Source of the DNA: Azolla caroliniana
Taxonomy: Eukaryota > Plantae > Polypodiophyta
Direction of reading: 5' to 3'
Length of the DNA stretch: 64,000 nt
Assembly: GCA_043228905.1 (NCBI GenBank)
Contig: JBHGNT010000003.1
Location: forward strand, 10,478,001-10,542,000
Both the position numbers and the translations under genes were made by a program. Shown here piece after piece: positions 23,171 to 37,035 of the stretch (position 1 is its first letter; each line of letters starts with the position of its first letter). A model generated the notes under the pieces. The model searched no databases. It was not told the DNA's origin and saw only the letters and a list, made by a program, of their open reading frames with translations.

Positions 23171-26100
23171 TTACACATCCGTAGGTCCCTTCGGACCCTT
23201 ACCGTTTTCCTTACGGGTTGCCGTGTCTTCCTTCGTCTCTGCTACGGGTTCCCCGTCGTCTTTTTCTTCCGGATCGATCCGTACCGATCCCGGACAGGTT
23301 CCCGGTATAGTGCCGGTTTGCTGCATAAACGGGTTCTTTGGCATCGGTCCTTTATAGGGCTTCAGTCGAAATCCGTTCACCCACTTGCCTAGTACTTCAC
23401 CGGCAAGTGTCCCTATCTGATAGGACCCGTTGTATTCCCTTGTCAGCCAATACGGGCCTGTCCATCTGAATCGGAGTTTACCCGGCATCTTGCCCATCCT
23501 CGTTTGGAATACTAGCACCGGCTTTCCAATTTCGAACATCTTCTCATTACCTTTCCGGTGACGGTCAACGAACGCTTTCCGTCGTCGCTGCTCCAGTTCC
23601 ATGTGTAGGATGCTGGCCAGCCGTTGCTCCTCCAATTCGCATAGTGCTGCTAGCCGCATTTCCTCCGACTTCTTTTCATTCAGCCGTTCCCGTAGTTGGA
23701 TCCGTAAGCTTGGTACCTGAAACTCGACTGGCATGACCGCTTCTAAGCCGAATGCTAACCGGAACGGCGTTGTCTGGATACTTGTTTTGTATGCCGTTCG
23801 GTACGCCCATAGCGCGCTATGGAGCTTTGTATCCCAGTCCGTCCGGTTTTCGTTGACGATTTTGCGGAGAATGTTCTGCAGCGTTTTGTTGGTGGACTCT
23901 GTTAACCCGTTCGCCTGTGGGTAGTACGGTGTGCTTCGTTTATGGACCACGGCATAGAACGTTGTTAAGCTTTCCACTACCTGGCCGAGGAAGTGGCCTC
24001 CTTGGTCGCTGATTAATTCAATCGGACATCCATATCGGCACCAAATGTTTTCGTACAGGAATTTTGTTGTGGATGACGCGGTGTTGTCTCTCAGGGCCTT
24101 AGCTTCCACCCATTTAGTGCAATAATCCGTTGCCACGATGACATAACGATTACCCGTTCTCATTGCCGGTGGCTTGAACGGTCCGACAAAATCCAACCCC
24201 CACTTCTGGAATGGCTCTAGTGGAAGTACCGGTTGGTGTGGCATCCGTGCTTGCTCCGTAGGCTGGCCCATTCGTTGGCATAGGTCACATTCCTTAGCAT
24301 ACTTGACGGCGTCTTTTAACGTCGTGGGCCACCACAAGCCGCTCTGCCATACTTTCCTTGCCGTCGCTTCCCCGTCATAGTGTCCTCCGGCAACCCCACA
24401 GTGTGCTTCCCGTAAGATTACTTCTTTCTCGTCACTACGGACTGCCCGTCTCCATATTCCATCTGCTCCCTTGTGGTAGAGAGTGTCCCGTAATAGACAG
24501 AAATTGCGGCTCTGCACCGCCAGTCGTTTCCTCTCGTCCCGGTTCATTTCCTCCGGTGGCAGGCCCGTGCTTAGAAACTGGTGCATGTTTGTCAGCCACC
24601 TATCTTCTGATGCCACCGTGCCGTCCGCTGCCGTTTCCGGGGTGATACGGAATAACTCTGCGTCCGGGAATTCATCCGCTACTCCGTCGCCTGGTTCTCC
24701 GGACTCTAATCGGCTTAGATAGTCTGCTACGGCATGCTGGATACCGGGCCGGTGGAAAATCTCGAATTCGAACTCCTGCAACAGCAAGGTCCAACGGGCC
24801 AATTTACCGGTCAGGGACGCCTTGGACACTAAGTACAGGAGCGCCGAGTGGTCCACATGAAAGGAGAACTTCCTTCCCAATAGGTAATGCCGAAACTTTG
24901 TTACACTGTAGATCATGCCCAGGGCCTCCCGTTCCGTCGTTGAATAGTTCTTCTCCGCTTGGGACAGCTTCCGGCTGGCGTAATATACCGGCCGGTACCA
25001 TTTGGGCTCCGTAAGTTGCATTAAGGCGCTGCCGATAGCGATGTCGGAAGCGTCAACGAACACATGAAATTCCTTGCTCCAATCCGGAGGTTGCACGACG
25101 GGTGCTTGCGACAAAAGTACCTTCAGGGCATTGTATGCCTTATCCTCCGTCTCCGTCCATTGGAACGGTGTCCGATGTACCGCGGTGTGTAATGGTGTCG
25201 CCAAGTCCGCCAAGTGACGGAGCATCCGGCTGTGCCACCGGATTTGTCCTAAGAATCGGCTTAGTGCTTTGGCTGTTTTCGGTGCCGGTGCCCCTAGTAT
25301 AGCGTTTACTTTATCCGGGTCGACCGCAATGCCCTCCTTACTTACAATGTGTCCCAGCAATATTCCACTTGAAACTCCAAAGATGCATTTTGCTGGGTTT
25401 AAGCTTAGCCGGTATAACCTACACTTTTCAAGGCATAACCGTAGGTGCTGCAAATGGTCTTTTCCCCGGCTATAGACTGCAAAATCATCCAGGAAAACTT
25501 ACATGAAGGCAGGAATGTATTCGCCGAAGATCTCCATGATGATTCGCTGGAACGTTGCTGGTGCCGTTTTTAGGCCGAACATCATGACTTCGGCCACAAA
25601 CACCCCCCATTCGGTGACGAACGCTGTCTTCTCCTGGTCGTCCGGGTGCATCCGGATTTGATTGTACCCGCTGAACCCGTCTAGAAAGCTATAAACTTCA
25701 TGACCGGCGACGGCATCCAGTACTCCGTCCGTGAACGGAAGAGGGAATGCATCCGTAGTTGTGGCGGCATTTAGTTTCCTGTAATCTACACACACACGGA
25801 TTTTACCGTTCTTCTTGGGGACGACGACGATGGGGCTTAGCCACGTCGCTTTCTTTACCGGCCGGATGAAGCCCACTCTTAGGAGTTTGTCGATTTCCTC
25901 CTTCACTTTGGCGGCGTAGTTGGGGTTCATTCGGTAACGTCGTTGCGCCACTGGTTTCGCGTCCTTGCCTAAGTGGATCTGATGCTGATATAATTGAGGG
26001 TCCAGCCCTCGCATGTCTTCGTATGACCAGGCGAATACGTCGCGAAACTCCGTGAGAAGTTTGATCATCGCCGCTTTATCTTCCGGCTTCATTTCTTTGG

Positions 26101-29023
26101 CGATGTGTACCGGCTTTGATTCGTCCTTGCTTCCTAGGTTCACTTCGTCGAGCTGGGATGCCTTTACTCGTTGGGAAACGGCCATTTCCCGTTCCAACGC
26201 TTCCTGTGCTTGCCGTAATTCCCGAATCGCATCTTTGTCTGGTTCGGCTTCGGTTTCATCCCGCTGCGGCAAGTATGGCGCTACGGCTTCAGCTACGTCA
26301 ATCTCGAAGAGTGGTACGATCTTTGGGTGTTCCTCCAAGTACTGGGCTTCTTCGTCGTCTGCCAATCCTTCAAGCATGTTCACACATTCCGCATACAACG
26401 GTGTGCATTCCTTCCCGTTGCTCGTCCGTGGTTGTGTTGGTACCCGGACCTTGGCTTTTCCGCGTCGGAAGGTAATCATATTTTTCCGCCAATTTTGCTT
26501 GATGTGTGCTGTTTTCAACCATGGTCTGCCCAGTAATAGTGGGTACGCGCCTTGCGCCTGTAGCTGCAGCACGACAGCCGAGATGTGAAATGTGTGGCCT
26601 CCTATGGTGACTTCCAATTTCCGTATTAAGCCTGTCGGCCGTACAGAGCTCGTATCCGCCATCCGTAGCCAGAACGGACATGGCTCCCATTCATGTATAC
26701 CCAAGGCATCACACGTGCGGAGGCTTATTACGTTCACCCCGGAACCTCCATCAATTACTGTGCCGGGAAGTTCGTGCCCTTTGACAATAGCTGTAATCAC
26801 CGGACTACTTGTGTCCACCACCGTCGGTCCCTCCTCCGGGTTCGAGAAGAGGACTGGTGCCGGTGGGGCTATACCGTCTGTCATGACCGTTTTTAGTCCT
26901 TCTGTGAATCGCGGCACGAGCTGCAAGAGTCTTCCTAATGGTAACGTGATCTGACATTCTTGCAGTGCTTGCCATGTCTCGTTTTCTGGGTGGCTACCGC
27001 CGGCACTCCCTATGGTATTCGCCTTTTGCCGTTCCGCGTCCGCGACGTTCCTTTCGTTGGCTTCCTTCACCCATTCCGTCGCCTGCTTTCGTATGGCCTC
27101 TTGTGTTTCCCACTCTTTGGCTATGCCTTTCGACCGTGTGGTTACTTGCTGTAAATCCGCCACTTCCGGAACCACCATATTAACTGCTGGTCGTTTCTCG
27201 TAGCTCTTTACCGGGCACTGGTTACTGTAGTGGCCTTCCTGCCTGCAGTAGTAGCAGTACTCTTTACGGGTATTGCTGGATTCAGCATTGCTGGTAGCCG
27301 GAGTCGGTCCCGTAGCGAGTGGTGCGTTCTGTGCCGGTTGGCTCCTTGGGGTTCCATGTTCCGGGTCCCTAGGGTGACCACCTTTCTTGAAATTACGTTT
27401 CTTATTATTCTTATGTTTATTTCGGTAGTCCGGTCGTGGTGGATCGTAAAATCGGCCGTAGTCCTCCTGGTGCCTTCGGTAACCAGGGGAATGGTCTCTG
27501 TCGTATTGCTCGTGTCGCCTGTTGGGCTCCCGATAACGGTCCGATCGCTCATACCGGTCGTAGTTATCACGCCGATTCCCGTACCGGCCATCATTCTCTT
27601 GCCTGTCTCCGTACCGGACATCCTGTGCCGGTCGGTACCGGTTCATTTTTTGCCAACGATCTTCATCTTCGTCTTGGCTGCTTCTTGGCTCGATCCGTCG
27701 GACGGGTGGTGCTTGTCGGTTTAACAGGTTATACTCGCACCGGTCCGTTGTATGACTCTTGGATTGACAAATCACACACTGAGTGCGCATGGTGCACTCT
27801 ACTGCCGAGTGTCCGGCATTCAAGCAGATTTTGCATTGAATTGCCTGCCGGAACCGGAGATCTTCCTCGGTGGGTAACGCCCGTTGTAGTGTTCCCAGCG
27901 TAAGCCATGAGCTTGTCTTTTCCATTTCTCTGACCCGGTCAATGACCTGATCGATGGTGCATCCTCGAAAGTCGATCACCGTACACACCGTGCGTAACGG
28001 TTCCCGGAGTGCGTTTAAAAATATCGTCCGTAATTCCTCCTCTGGGGGTGCACGGGCAAGCTGGCTATGCATTCGTTGGAAACGGATGACGAATTGGGGA
28101 ATGCTTTCCCCTGCCTCCTGTCGGATCGTATAAAACAGGCCCACCATTGTCGTCTGGTCGACCTCCTTGTGGAAAAAATGCAAGAATTTTGCTTTTAATT
28201 CTGCAAATGTTGTGATGGTCGCCGGGTCCTGCGACCGCCGCCATCGTGTCGCTGGTCCCTCCAAGGTGACTCCGAATTCCGCTATCTTCGAGCGTTCTTC
28301 TTCCTCCGGTGTCATTCGCTGGGACGTGTGATTTGCTTCCCATGTCTGCTCGAAGTCATCAACATGCGCTTCCGCGTCCGGATCATCGCGATACTTTGAA
28401 TATTGGAACGGCATGTCGTCGTCCAGTATTAGGCCGCGGTTTATTGGCGTTTGTTGATATCCTTCCGGTTTTCTCTCCGGTTCTACTTCCGGTTCTTTTG
28501 CCGGTTCCTTCACCGGCTCTTCTTCCGGTACCTTTGCCGGCTCTTTCGTTGGTGTCGGTGGCTTTGCTTCTTCCACTGCCGGTGTTGGTGGGTTGACAGC
28601 TTCCGTTTGGGGTTCCGGATAGCCCTGGTTGAGCGGTTCCGGTTCTGGAGTCGGCACGGTATCCGACCCGTCGTCCTCCGGGTCGCCGGGGGTATCGTTG
28701 CTGCTCCGGTAGTTCGTGTGCACGCTGTATCCCCCTTCGGAATCCGATTCGTAGGCTGAAAAGGCTTCTGCCTCGTTTTCTCCGCTTGCCAGCGCCTCTA
28801 GCAGGCGTTCGGTTTCCCGGAGACTACTTAGACTGCTTCCGTCGTCCTGGTCGCGAGTTTGCCGTAACCGAAGAGATTCCTCCGCGACTCTCCGGATCTC
28901 GTTGGAGAACGAACGATCCGAGCGAATTTCTTGCGCTGCTTGCTGGAAGGTCTCACGCCGTCTTTGCCGTTCGGCGAGGCGTCGAGCTCGGTCTGTAACC
29001 AAGTCGTGCGTTGGTCTAGTCAT
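23171..29023 (-). CDS. C1 Gag-Pol polyprotein (~1950 codons, one frame) with one premature TAA at 25499-25501
   Basis: Three CCHC knuckles; protease VIDGGSGVN; RT LDGFSGYNQI...AFM*VFLDDF; RNase H FVDAS; integrase HCG..GH..C..C, KWGLDF, ISDQG, TGPY. The two ORF-track ORFs are in frame across the stop. Confidence 0.92.
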
Positions 29024-32000
29024 CCATTACCGTCGTTCGCTGCGAGAAAGCAGGAATCGTGGTCGCCAAAACTGTGTTATTCGCTTAGCCGGACAAGGCC
29101 TAACACAAGGTGTCACGGAGACACTTCACCAAAGGGGTGATTACGGCATAGGATTAAGATTCAACGATTACACCGACTTACGTAGGTTACACGATTAGAT
29201 TGCTTTGGTTAATTACACGCGTAAGATATAACAGTGATTACAGAACGGAAATCAAGACAGAAGTATAAACATCATAAGCTCTATTAATTATCCGCTGCGA
29301 TTACAATGGGGTCCGGGCCTTTAAATAGGTTTCCGGCCCGTAGTACAAAACGGTGCCTATCGCACCTATTCGGGATCCGTCCGGATCTGGAACGGCATAC
29401 CGTTTCCAGTCCGTCCGTCCACACTATGCTCATTTACAACCATATTTAATTAATTCCTTCACTCCGTATTTTGGACTCCTTGCCGGCCGGTAACAGTGGG
29501 TGATCAACCAAGAGGATGACGTTGGCACGAGGTTCCCCATCCGGTTCGACGTGAAGGTCCTCAGTGAGCAACAACGAGGATACGCCCAGGTTAAACGCGA
29601 ACTCTGGGGTATCATTTCGGCGGTGAAGGCCGATAAAGACTACCTGATCGGGACAGAGGTAATAATCGAGACGGACTGCCTGCCGATTCTCAGCATGGTT
29701 TCCAGATGCGTGACGCCGGACCTCGCAATGCTCCGGTGGATAGCATACATCAAGTCCCTGAATCCGGAGATACAACACATTTCCGGAAAAGACAATGCCA
29801 TGGCCGACATGCTCTCAAGGGCGAGGTTCGAAATCGAGGACGACATGGTTTCGGAGGACGAGGAAGTCGGCGTAGATTTCTTTGAGGCAGCATACGTGAC
29901 GACCAGAAAGGGGAGCACTCCGGCGCTTAACGAATTCGATGAGAGCAAGTATGACGGGGAGTGGTTCCAGATCAGCGGGCTCCTGAAAACAATGACACCG
30001 GACGCGGCATGGACAAAGGAAGAGACCAACCGGATGCGGAAGAAAGCATACCGATTCTTCCTTCGGGACGGGTACATATGGAAGCACCCGAAGAAGAGGG
30101 ACGGCATCCCGCTCCGAGTGGTGGCGAAGAAGGAGGAACAGGAGGAGTTGTTGGAGGCCTACCACGAGAGTCCCTGGGCCGGACACTGCGGAACGTGGGC
30201 CACGTTCGAGAAGCTAAAGGGGAAGTACTGGTGGCCAGGACGGTACCGGGACGTGCATCGGTTCGTGACGACTTGCGAAAGCTGTCAGATGCACTCCATA
30301 GTCTAACACCGAGACGAGCTTCACCCGACCTACCCTCCGATCGTCCACTTAAAATGGATGGTGGATTTGGTGACAATGCCGATGGGGGTAGGACAGATGC
30401 GGTATCTTGTGCTGGCTCGGGAGGATCTGACGAACCAGGTTGAAGGCCGAGCGCTGCAGAACAAAACGACCGCGGCTGTGTGCCGGTTTCTGATCGAGGA
30501 CATGATATGTCGGTACGGGAGCGTAGGAAAGATCGTGGTTGACCGCGGAGAGTTGGACGTGCAAGAGGCTGAAGAGCTGTTTGACCGACTAGGGGTCAAA
30601 CTCTCGCTCACCACAACGTACAATCCGGAGGATAATGGGAAGGTGGAGCGCGGACACGGGCCGATCGTCAAAGCGCTAGTACGGGCATGTGAAGGCCAAG
30701 TCGGGAACTGGCCGCGACTGCTACCTTATGCCTTGTGGGCGGACCGAACTACGCACACTTCGGTAACCGGGTTCATGCCGGCAGAGCTTATGTATGGATA
30801 GAGGCTAATCATGCCAACAGAGCGAACCATCTCCTCATGGGCCACGGTGGACTGGAGATATGAGATGAGCGGGGAGGAGCTGCTAGCGGCACGGATTCGA
30901 TAGCTCGAGCGAAGGCCGGAGGACGTGGAACGAGCCGCGAAGAAGCTTCGGTTGGCAAGGTTGAAGAACAAAGGGTGGTTTGACCGAACTCACCGACTGC
31001 GACCGAAGAAGATCGAGGAAGGCGACTGGATCCTAGTGTATGACAGCAGCCTCGACCATCAGCACAAGGCAACGCGGAAGTTTGCAAGGAGGTGGTTCGG
31101 GCCTTACGTGGTGACAGGCGCCAACGACAACGAGACCTACCATCTTGCGGAGCTCGACGGTACGAGGATGGCAATACCGTTAGCGGCGAAGAGGGTCAAA
31201 GCGTTTAAGAAACGACATGAGTGCGAGCCGGATCTGGAAAGCATGGACTGCGACGACGGGCGGTCCGAGGCGGATGATGATCCGGAAGACGAGGAGTAAA
31301 GCATGGACTGGTTTTCTCCAGCAAGAGCCCAATTTTGGCACTTACCGGTGGATGCGCGGTTAGGTGGGTGCGGATGTCGTGAAGAAAACCGTCCCTAGGC
31401 GGAAACTGAGTTTAGCATGTGTAAACTGGCCCTTACATGCGAGCACACTTTTCTTTGTATGGTAAGTAGGTAGGTACAAGTCGACTGAGGTGAAATCCTA
31501 GGTAGCACGCAGTCAATAGGGAGAGAATCGAGGTGTATCTCTGTCCGAAAGGACAGAGAATTAATGTGATGTAACAGATGATAACGGCCTCCCTCCTTAG
31601 GCTATAAAAGAGACGTAGAGGAATGGGAAGGGTATCGCGTGTTAGAGAGGACGAAGTGTTGCCGGACTGGGATCGAGCCCTTCTCCTTTGCCACTCTCCA
31701 TAGCCATTTTGCGCAGGTTTTCGGGAGGCTGACTTTGCTCCATGGAACGCCCGTGTGCTTCCGACAGAGTCTCCATCTCGCTCTTTTGTGCGTGAGTGAA
31801 CATGTGTCGATGTTCGCCTTGCTGGCCTATTACTTGTAACCGTCTTGATATATATATATATATATATATTTATATACATACGTGTTCATATACTCGGACT
31901 TCTAGTCGTCTCGTTTTGTTGTGTTATTGGACTGTGATTCCTGTGTGCTCCCGTGTCTGCGCGTGTGCAAGTGCGTCCGTTGTCTTGCCGTTCTCCTCCT

Positions 32001-35000
32001 GCTTAGCTATTTCTCGGTCCAAGACACCGGTGGTCCCGCCTCGTTCTCCACGCACTCGCGTAACAACGCAACATCGTGCAATATGCAACATATCTAGCAT
32101 ATCCCGAAGAAAGTTTTGCTTACTTTGCAACTCATCATGATGTATATTAACATCAATCGGGGCTCGTGGCTGAAAACCATACATCAACATAACAGGACTA
32201 TATCCCGTCGACGTATGCTTGGAGCTGTTATAAGCAAACTCAAATATTGGGAGATAACGTTCCCATTTTGTTGGTTTTGCACCAACATATGCTCGAAGCA
32301 TGTCCTCAATAATTTGATTTACTCGTTCTGTTTGTCCATCGGATTGAGGATGATCCGTGGAGCTCATGCTCAACGTAGTTTCTAACTTCTTAAAGACTTG
32401 CGTCTAGAAGTCACTAGTAAATTTTGGATCTCGATCACTCACGATATCCATCGGTAACCGATAAAAACGAAATAACTCATCAACGAATTGGTAAGCCAAT
32501 TTAGGAGCTGTTACCGTGGTTTTAGTAGCAATAAATCTAGCCATTTTAGTTAGTCTATCAACCACAACCCAGATGGCATCATGGCCTTTTTGGGTACGAG
32601 GAAGGCTAACAATAAAATCCATGGATATACTTTCCCACTTATTGTTGGGAATGTCCAAGGGATGTAAAAGTCCTGTGGCTTTAAGTCGCTCAACTTTGTT
32701 AACCTGACATTGGTGACATTTAGTCACATAGCTATGTATGTCATGACGCATCTTAGGCATATAAAATTGAGTGGACATGAGAACGAGTGTACGATGTATT
32801 CCAGGGTGCCCTGCTGAGGGTGCATCATGGCATTCAGAAAGAATTCTCTTTTTGACCTCAGGCAAATATGGAACACAAACCTTCCCATTACGGTAGAGCA
32901 GACCGTTAGCAATGTGAAAGTATTCCTTCGAGGATGTGGTTGTGTCTGTTCAAGACTCAATTCTTGCCCAGTATTTTCCAAATCACTGTCATCAGGATAA
33001 TTTCCTCGAAGGTGATCATAAAGATCTGATGTTATTTCAGTGAAGCTAAGCATGTTAACTTCACGGATGCGACTTAGTGCATCAACGACAGTGTTCATGG
33101 AACCTTTACGATATCATATGGAAAAATCAAAGTCCTGGATGAGATAAGCCCATCGTGCCTTACGACCTTTCAGGTCTTGTTGGTCACAAAAATATTTCAA
33201 GGACTCGTGGTCTGTAGTTACCACAAAGTGATTTCTATAAAGATAATGACGCCATGTTTTGAGTGCATGTATAATTGCAAATAACTCCTTTTCTTGAACG
33301 GTATACCGACATTGAGCAGAATCAAGTTTCTTACTCTCGAATGCTATTGGCTTACCATCTTGATATAAGACAACACCTATAGCATAACCGCTTGCATCGG
33401 TTTCAACCTCAAAAGGTTTTGAAGGATCGGGTAAAAGAAGTGAAGGAGCCTTGGAAACTAGGTCCTTGAGTTCCTTAAAGGGGAGGTCTAGTGTAGCATT
33501 CCACACAATAGGTTTTGTAGACTTACGCGTTTGACCTTTTAGAAGATTAGTAAACGGTGTCGTCAATTGGGAGTAATTAGGAAGAGATTTTCGCAAAAAC
33601 CCGACAAAACCAAGGAATGATCAAACTTCTCGAATGTTCCGAAGAGTGGGCCAAAGCTTGATTTTCTCGATGCGAGAAGGATCAATTTCAACTCCTTGTT
33701 TAGTTATGAGATGTCCAAGGTAAGTAATTGATTTCTTGAAGAACTCACATTTCGAGATCTTCGTGTAAAACTAATTGTCACGCAATGTTTGTAAAACAAA
33801 GTAGACATGTTTAGCATGTTCTTGTAATGTACGGCTACAAACTAAAATATCATCCAAGAAAATAACGACAAACTTTCCAAGTTGTTCTCGGAAAATGTCA
33901 TTCATTTCTTGTTGAAATGTAGCCGGAGCATTGGGCAAACCAAAAGGCATAACCAGAAACTCATAATGGCCGTAGCACGTACGAAATGATGTTTTAGGAA
34001 CATCGTCCTCACTTATAGGTATTTGATGGTAGCTAGTACGGAGATCAAGTTTCGTAAAATACCGAGCTCCCTGGAGACAGTCATTTAGATCATCAGCTCG
34101 ACGCAATGGATACGAATTCTTGATCGTCACTTTATTCAAGCATCGGTAATTAATACACATACGCCATGTGCCCTCTTTCTTTTTAACCAAGAGAATTGGT
34201 GCACCCCATGGAGATTTACTATAACGTATATAATCCATTCGTAAATAGTCCTTGAGTTGCTTAGCTACCTCATCCTCTTTGGATCGACTTAATTGATAAG
34301 GAGGTATACTTATTGGTGCAACGCCAGGTACAATATCTATACGATAGTCTATATTACGTTTAGGAGGTAAACCATCTGGTAGTTCACTCGGAAAAACATC
34401 ACGAATATCATTTAAGATTTCATCAAGTTGTTGTTGTTCAAAATATGTTAATTGAATCGAGACATTATCGATATTGTAAACGTGAATGTCCGGATCAAGT
34501 ACACAATAAAATAGAGTAGAACAAGACAACTCGGATTTTGATGGACACGAGGAAACAATCGAGAGGGATTGTGTTTTTTACACATTGAATAAAATGAGTA
34601 CAATCGTTTAGTACAAATGTAATTCAATGATGAACCCAATCAATAGATAAAGAAGAGCTTTTATTACATCGGTGGTATAAAGATTCATTACATGGAAGTT
34701 TACTTCCTCTATATAAGTGTCAATAGAAATTCCTAATGAATGAATCGCCCCGTTGATATATTGTACTCTTCCATCAGCTAAGTGCACCGTGTACGTGTGA
34801 TTACTTACGGTGGGTTGGATTCCCCATATCTGAACCAAACAATCATTCACAAAGTTGTGTGAGCTTCCCGAATCAAATAAAAATTGTACGGGAGATCCAT
34901 TGATATACCCGTTTGCATGTAGTAAATCATTGGGATCCAATACATAGTGAGGGAAAGAACATTGACAATGACTTAAATGATGTGTATAAACTTGAACGAC

Positions 35001-37035
35001 ATTAGGAATCTGACCTTTATGGTCTGCAGTTTTAGCTTTGTTGTTGTGCTCTTTCCATTGGAGCTTTCGACATTCATCTTTTGTATGACCCTTCTTTTTG
35101 CAGAATATGCAAAAAGGATGTTGTTGCTTACAATCGCGATCCATGAATTCGTTGGGTGTCTTGCGTTTCCAAACAAATTGCGACTGCTTAGTCCCGGGCG
35201 CTTCGTTGGGTTTATTGTGGTCCTTCTTCGAACTGCGTTGATAGCGAAGAACTATTTCAACGACCTCTTCGAAGGATTTTGGATCCTTATCGTGCACTAT
35301 CCAATGATAGTCCGAATTGGGGATGCCATTGACAAAACAAGCTATTAATCAATTGTCCCCTTCTAGACCCGATTTTTGGATTTGGGTTCTAGCATGGGGG
35401 ACATAGTCTTCTAGTGAGGAAAATTTCCGACTAGAGAGGTTCATTAAAGCTTGTGCTGCCTCGGCTCGAGAGGGAGGTTGCAGAAATTGGCCCTTGAAAA
35501 CTATGACAAAATCTGTCAAGGTATCGGGCAATTTCCCCAAAGTATGGAGCCCATGCCACCAGGCGGCGGCCTTATCCCCTAGTTCTCGGCCGACATATGC
35601 AATCTTCGTACTATCTGGCGTGGGATAGAGCTCAAAATGAGACTCCCATCAGCCCAACCACGTGCAAATTGCTTCTTTGGTTCTTTCCTTTTTGTCTCTC
35701 GTAAATGGCTTAACGACAAACGATGGTTCACCCTGTCGCTCATCAGGTCTATTAGTCTCACGTTGTAGACTAATGACACGCCCCTCGAGAGCACTTTGAG
35801 ATTGCCGAAGTTCGGTCATCTGTTGAGCGGTGGAACTAAGGTATTGGGTTATTTGCGAAAAATACATCTCAAAGGACGTTTGTCCAGGAGGAATCCCTTG
35901 AGTTCCTTCCGCTTGAGCGGATGACATCGGGTCGTTATTTTGAACCATTAAATGATTATTTCTGGAAAAGAAATGGGACAAGGTCAAAGGGATAGTCATA
36001 ACATCATATTGTGATGTAAACATATCATGGGTGAGCATTAATCGATATCATTATCTCATGTCACCCCCGAGCGAAGGGATCGAGATGGACTCGAGCCTCG
36101 ATCGGCGTCCCATACCACCGCCGTGGCGTCGAGTCGTACCTGGTGCTGGCACGCTCGCTACAAGAGTTGATCCACCACAAGATAGAGTCTCGACGTAGTC
36201 AACAAGATCGTCAAATGAGGGTAGCTAGGACTCTTATTTATAGCGATACCCAAGGCCTCCCTAGCCATGTTCACACTTGGCCTAATGGGTTGTCTTTATC
36301 CCGAGGATTAAAAGTAATCCTCCCCTTCTTTAGACTCTCGTTTAACCCTCACACTTATCCACGTGTATAGAATACTATGGTAAATTCTCACCACGGGATA
36401 TTATATGGTCATGCCCGTAACAATTAGGGTGGTCATTTCCTCGGCCAAGTAGTGGAAAGCTTGACAACTTTCTATGCGGTTGTGCATAAACGGAGCACGC
36501 CGTACAATCCACAGGCCAACGAGCTAGCAGAATCCACCAATAAGACACTACATAATATTCTCTAGAAGATCGTCAATGAAAACTGACTAGGACACAAAGA
36601 TACAAAGCGCGCTATGGGCATACTAGACGGTGTACCAAACGAGTATTCGGACGACAACGTTCCAGTTAGAGTTCGGGTTGGAAGTGGTAATACCGATGGA
36701 ATTCCAAATTCCTAGCTAAATGATACAGGTTCGGGAACGGTTAAGCGAAAACAAATCGGAGAAAATTCGCCTGGTGGCGCTGTGTGAGTTGGAAGAGCGT
36801 CGGATAACAGGTATCTTACAATTAGAACTTGAGCAACGACAAAGAAAAGCTTTCGTGGACCGGCACGAATAGGGGAACGAGAAGGACTTTGGGATCGGCA
36901 AACCCATCTTAGTATTCCAGACCGGGCCATATTGGATAACAAGAGAATTCAAGGGCTCGTACCAACTTGGCACGCTAGCCGGCGAAGTGTTGGACAAGTG
37001 GGTGAACGGTTTCCGATTAAAACTATACCACGGAC

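Larger units (their letters stand above)
19624..29495 (-). mobile_element. C1: very young full-length non-chromovirus Ty3/gypsy element with an extra 3' ORF
   Basis: 421-bp LTRs 29075-29495 (5') and 19624-20044 (3'), one mismatch seen. TSD GTGGG at 19619-19623 and 29496-29500. PBS TGGCGACCAC is tRNA-Arg-like. Inserted into B1 RNase H. Confidence 0.97.
11030..32073 (+). mobile_element. B1: tRNA-Trp-primed Ty3/gypsy element (Phygy-like by inference), interrupted by D1 and C1
   Basis: LTRs 11030-11724 and 31375-32073; 4-bp TSD TCGT; PBS TGGTGAATCTGACGTGA. Gag starts at 11770; protease VDHGSEINL; RT DLYSGYDQ...PFLD(N)IPIKG; RNase H split at 19623/29501; integrase to 31299. Multiple stops. Confidence 0.93.
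10050..36422 (-). mobile_element. A1: chromoviral Ty3/gypsy element (gag-PR-RT-RH-INT-chromodomain, decayed), interrupted by B1
   Basis: TSD ATTAG at 10045-10049 and 36423-36427. 3' LTR 10050-10505 with PPT AAAGAGGGGGAGTA; partial 5' LTR 36062-36422. Coding relics at 32078-36038 and 10506-11029: CIFCKKKGHTKDEC, FDSGSSH, FLDD, ETDAS, DRDPKF, KLAPRLCGPF, PERILD..FKIKW..DATWE. Confidence 0.93.

Noticed and set aside
26013-27903. Several 100-190-aa plus-strand ORFs
   Set aside because: Antisense to GC-rich C1 gag-pol, where long open frames arise by chance.
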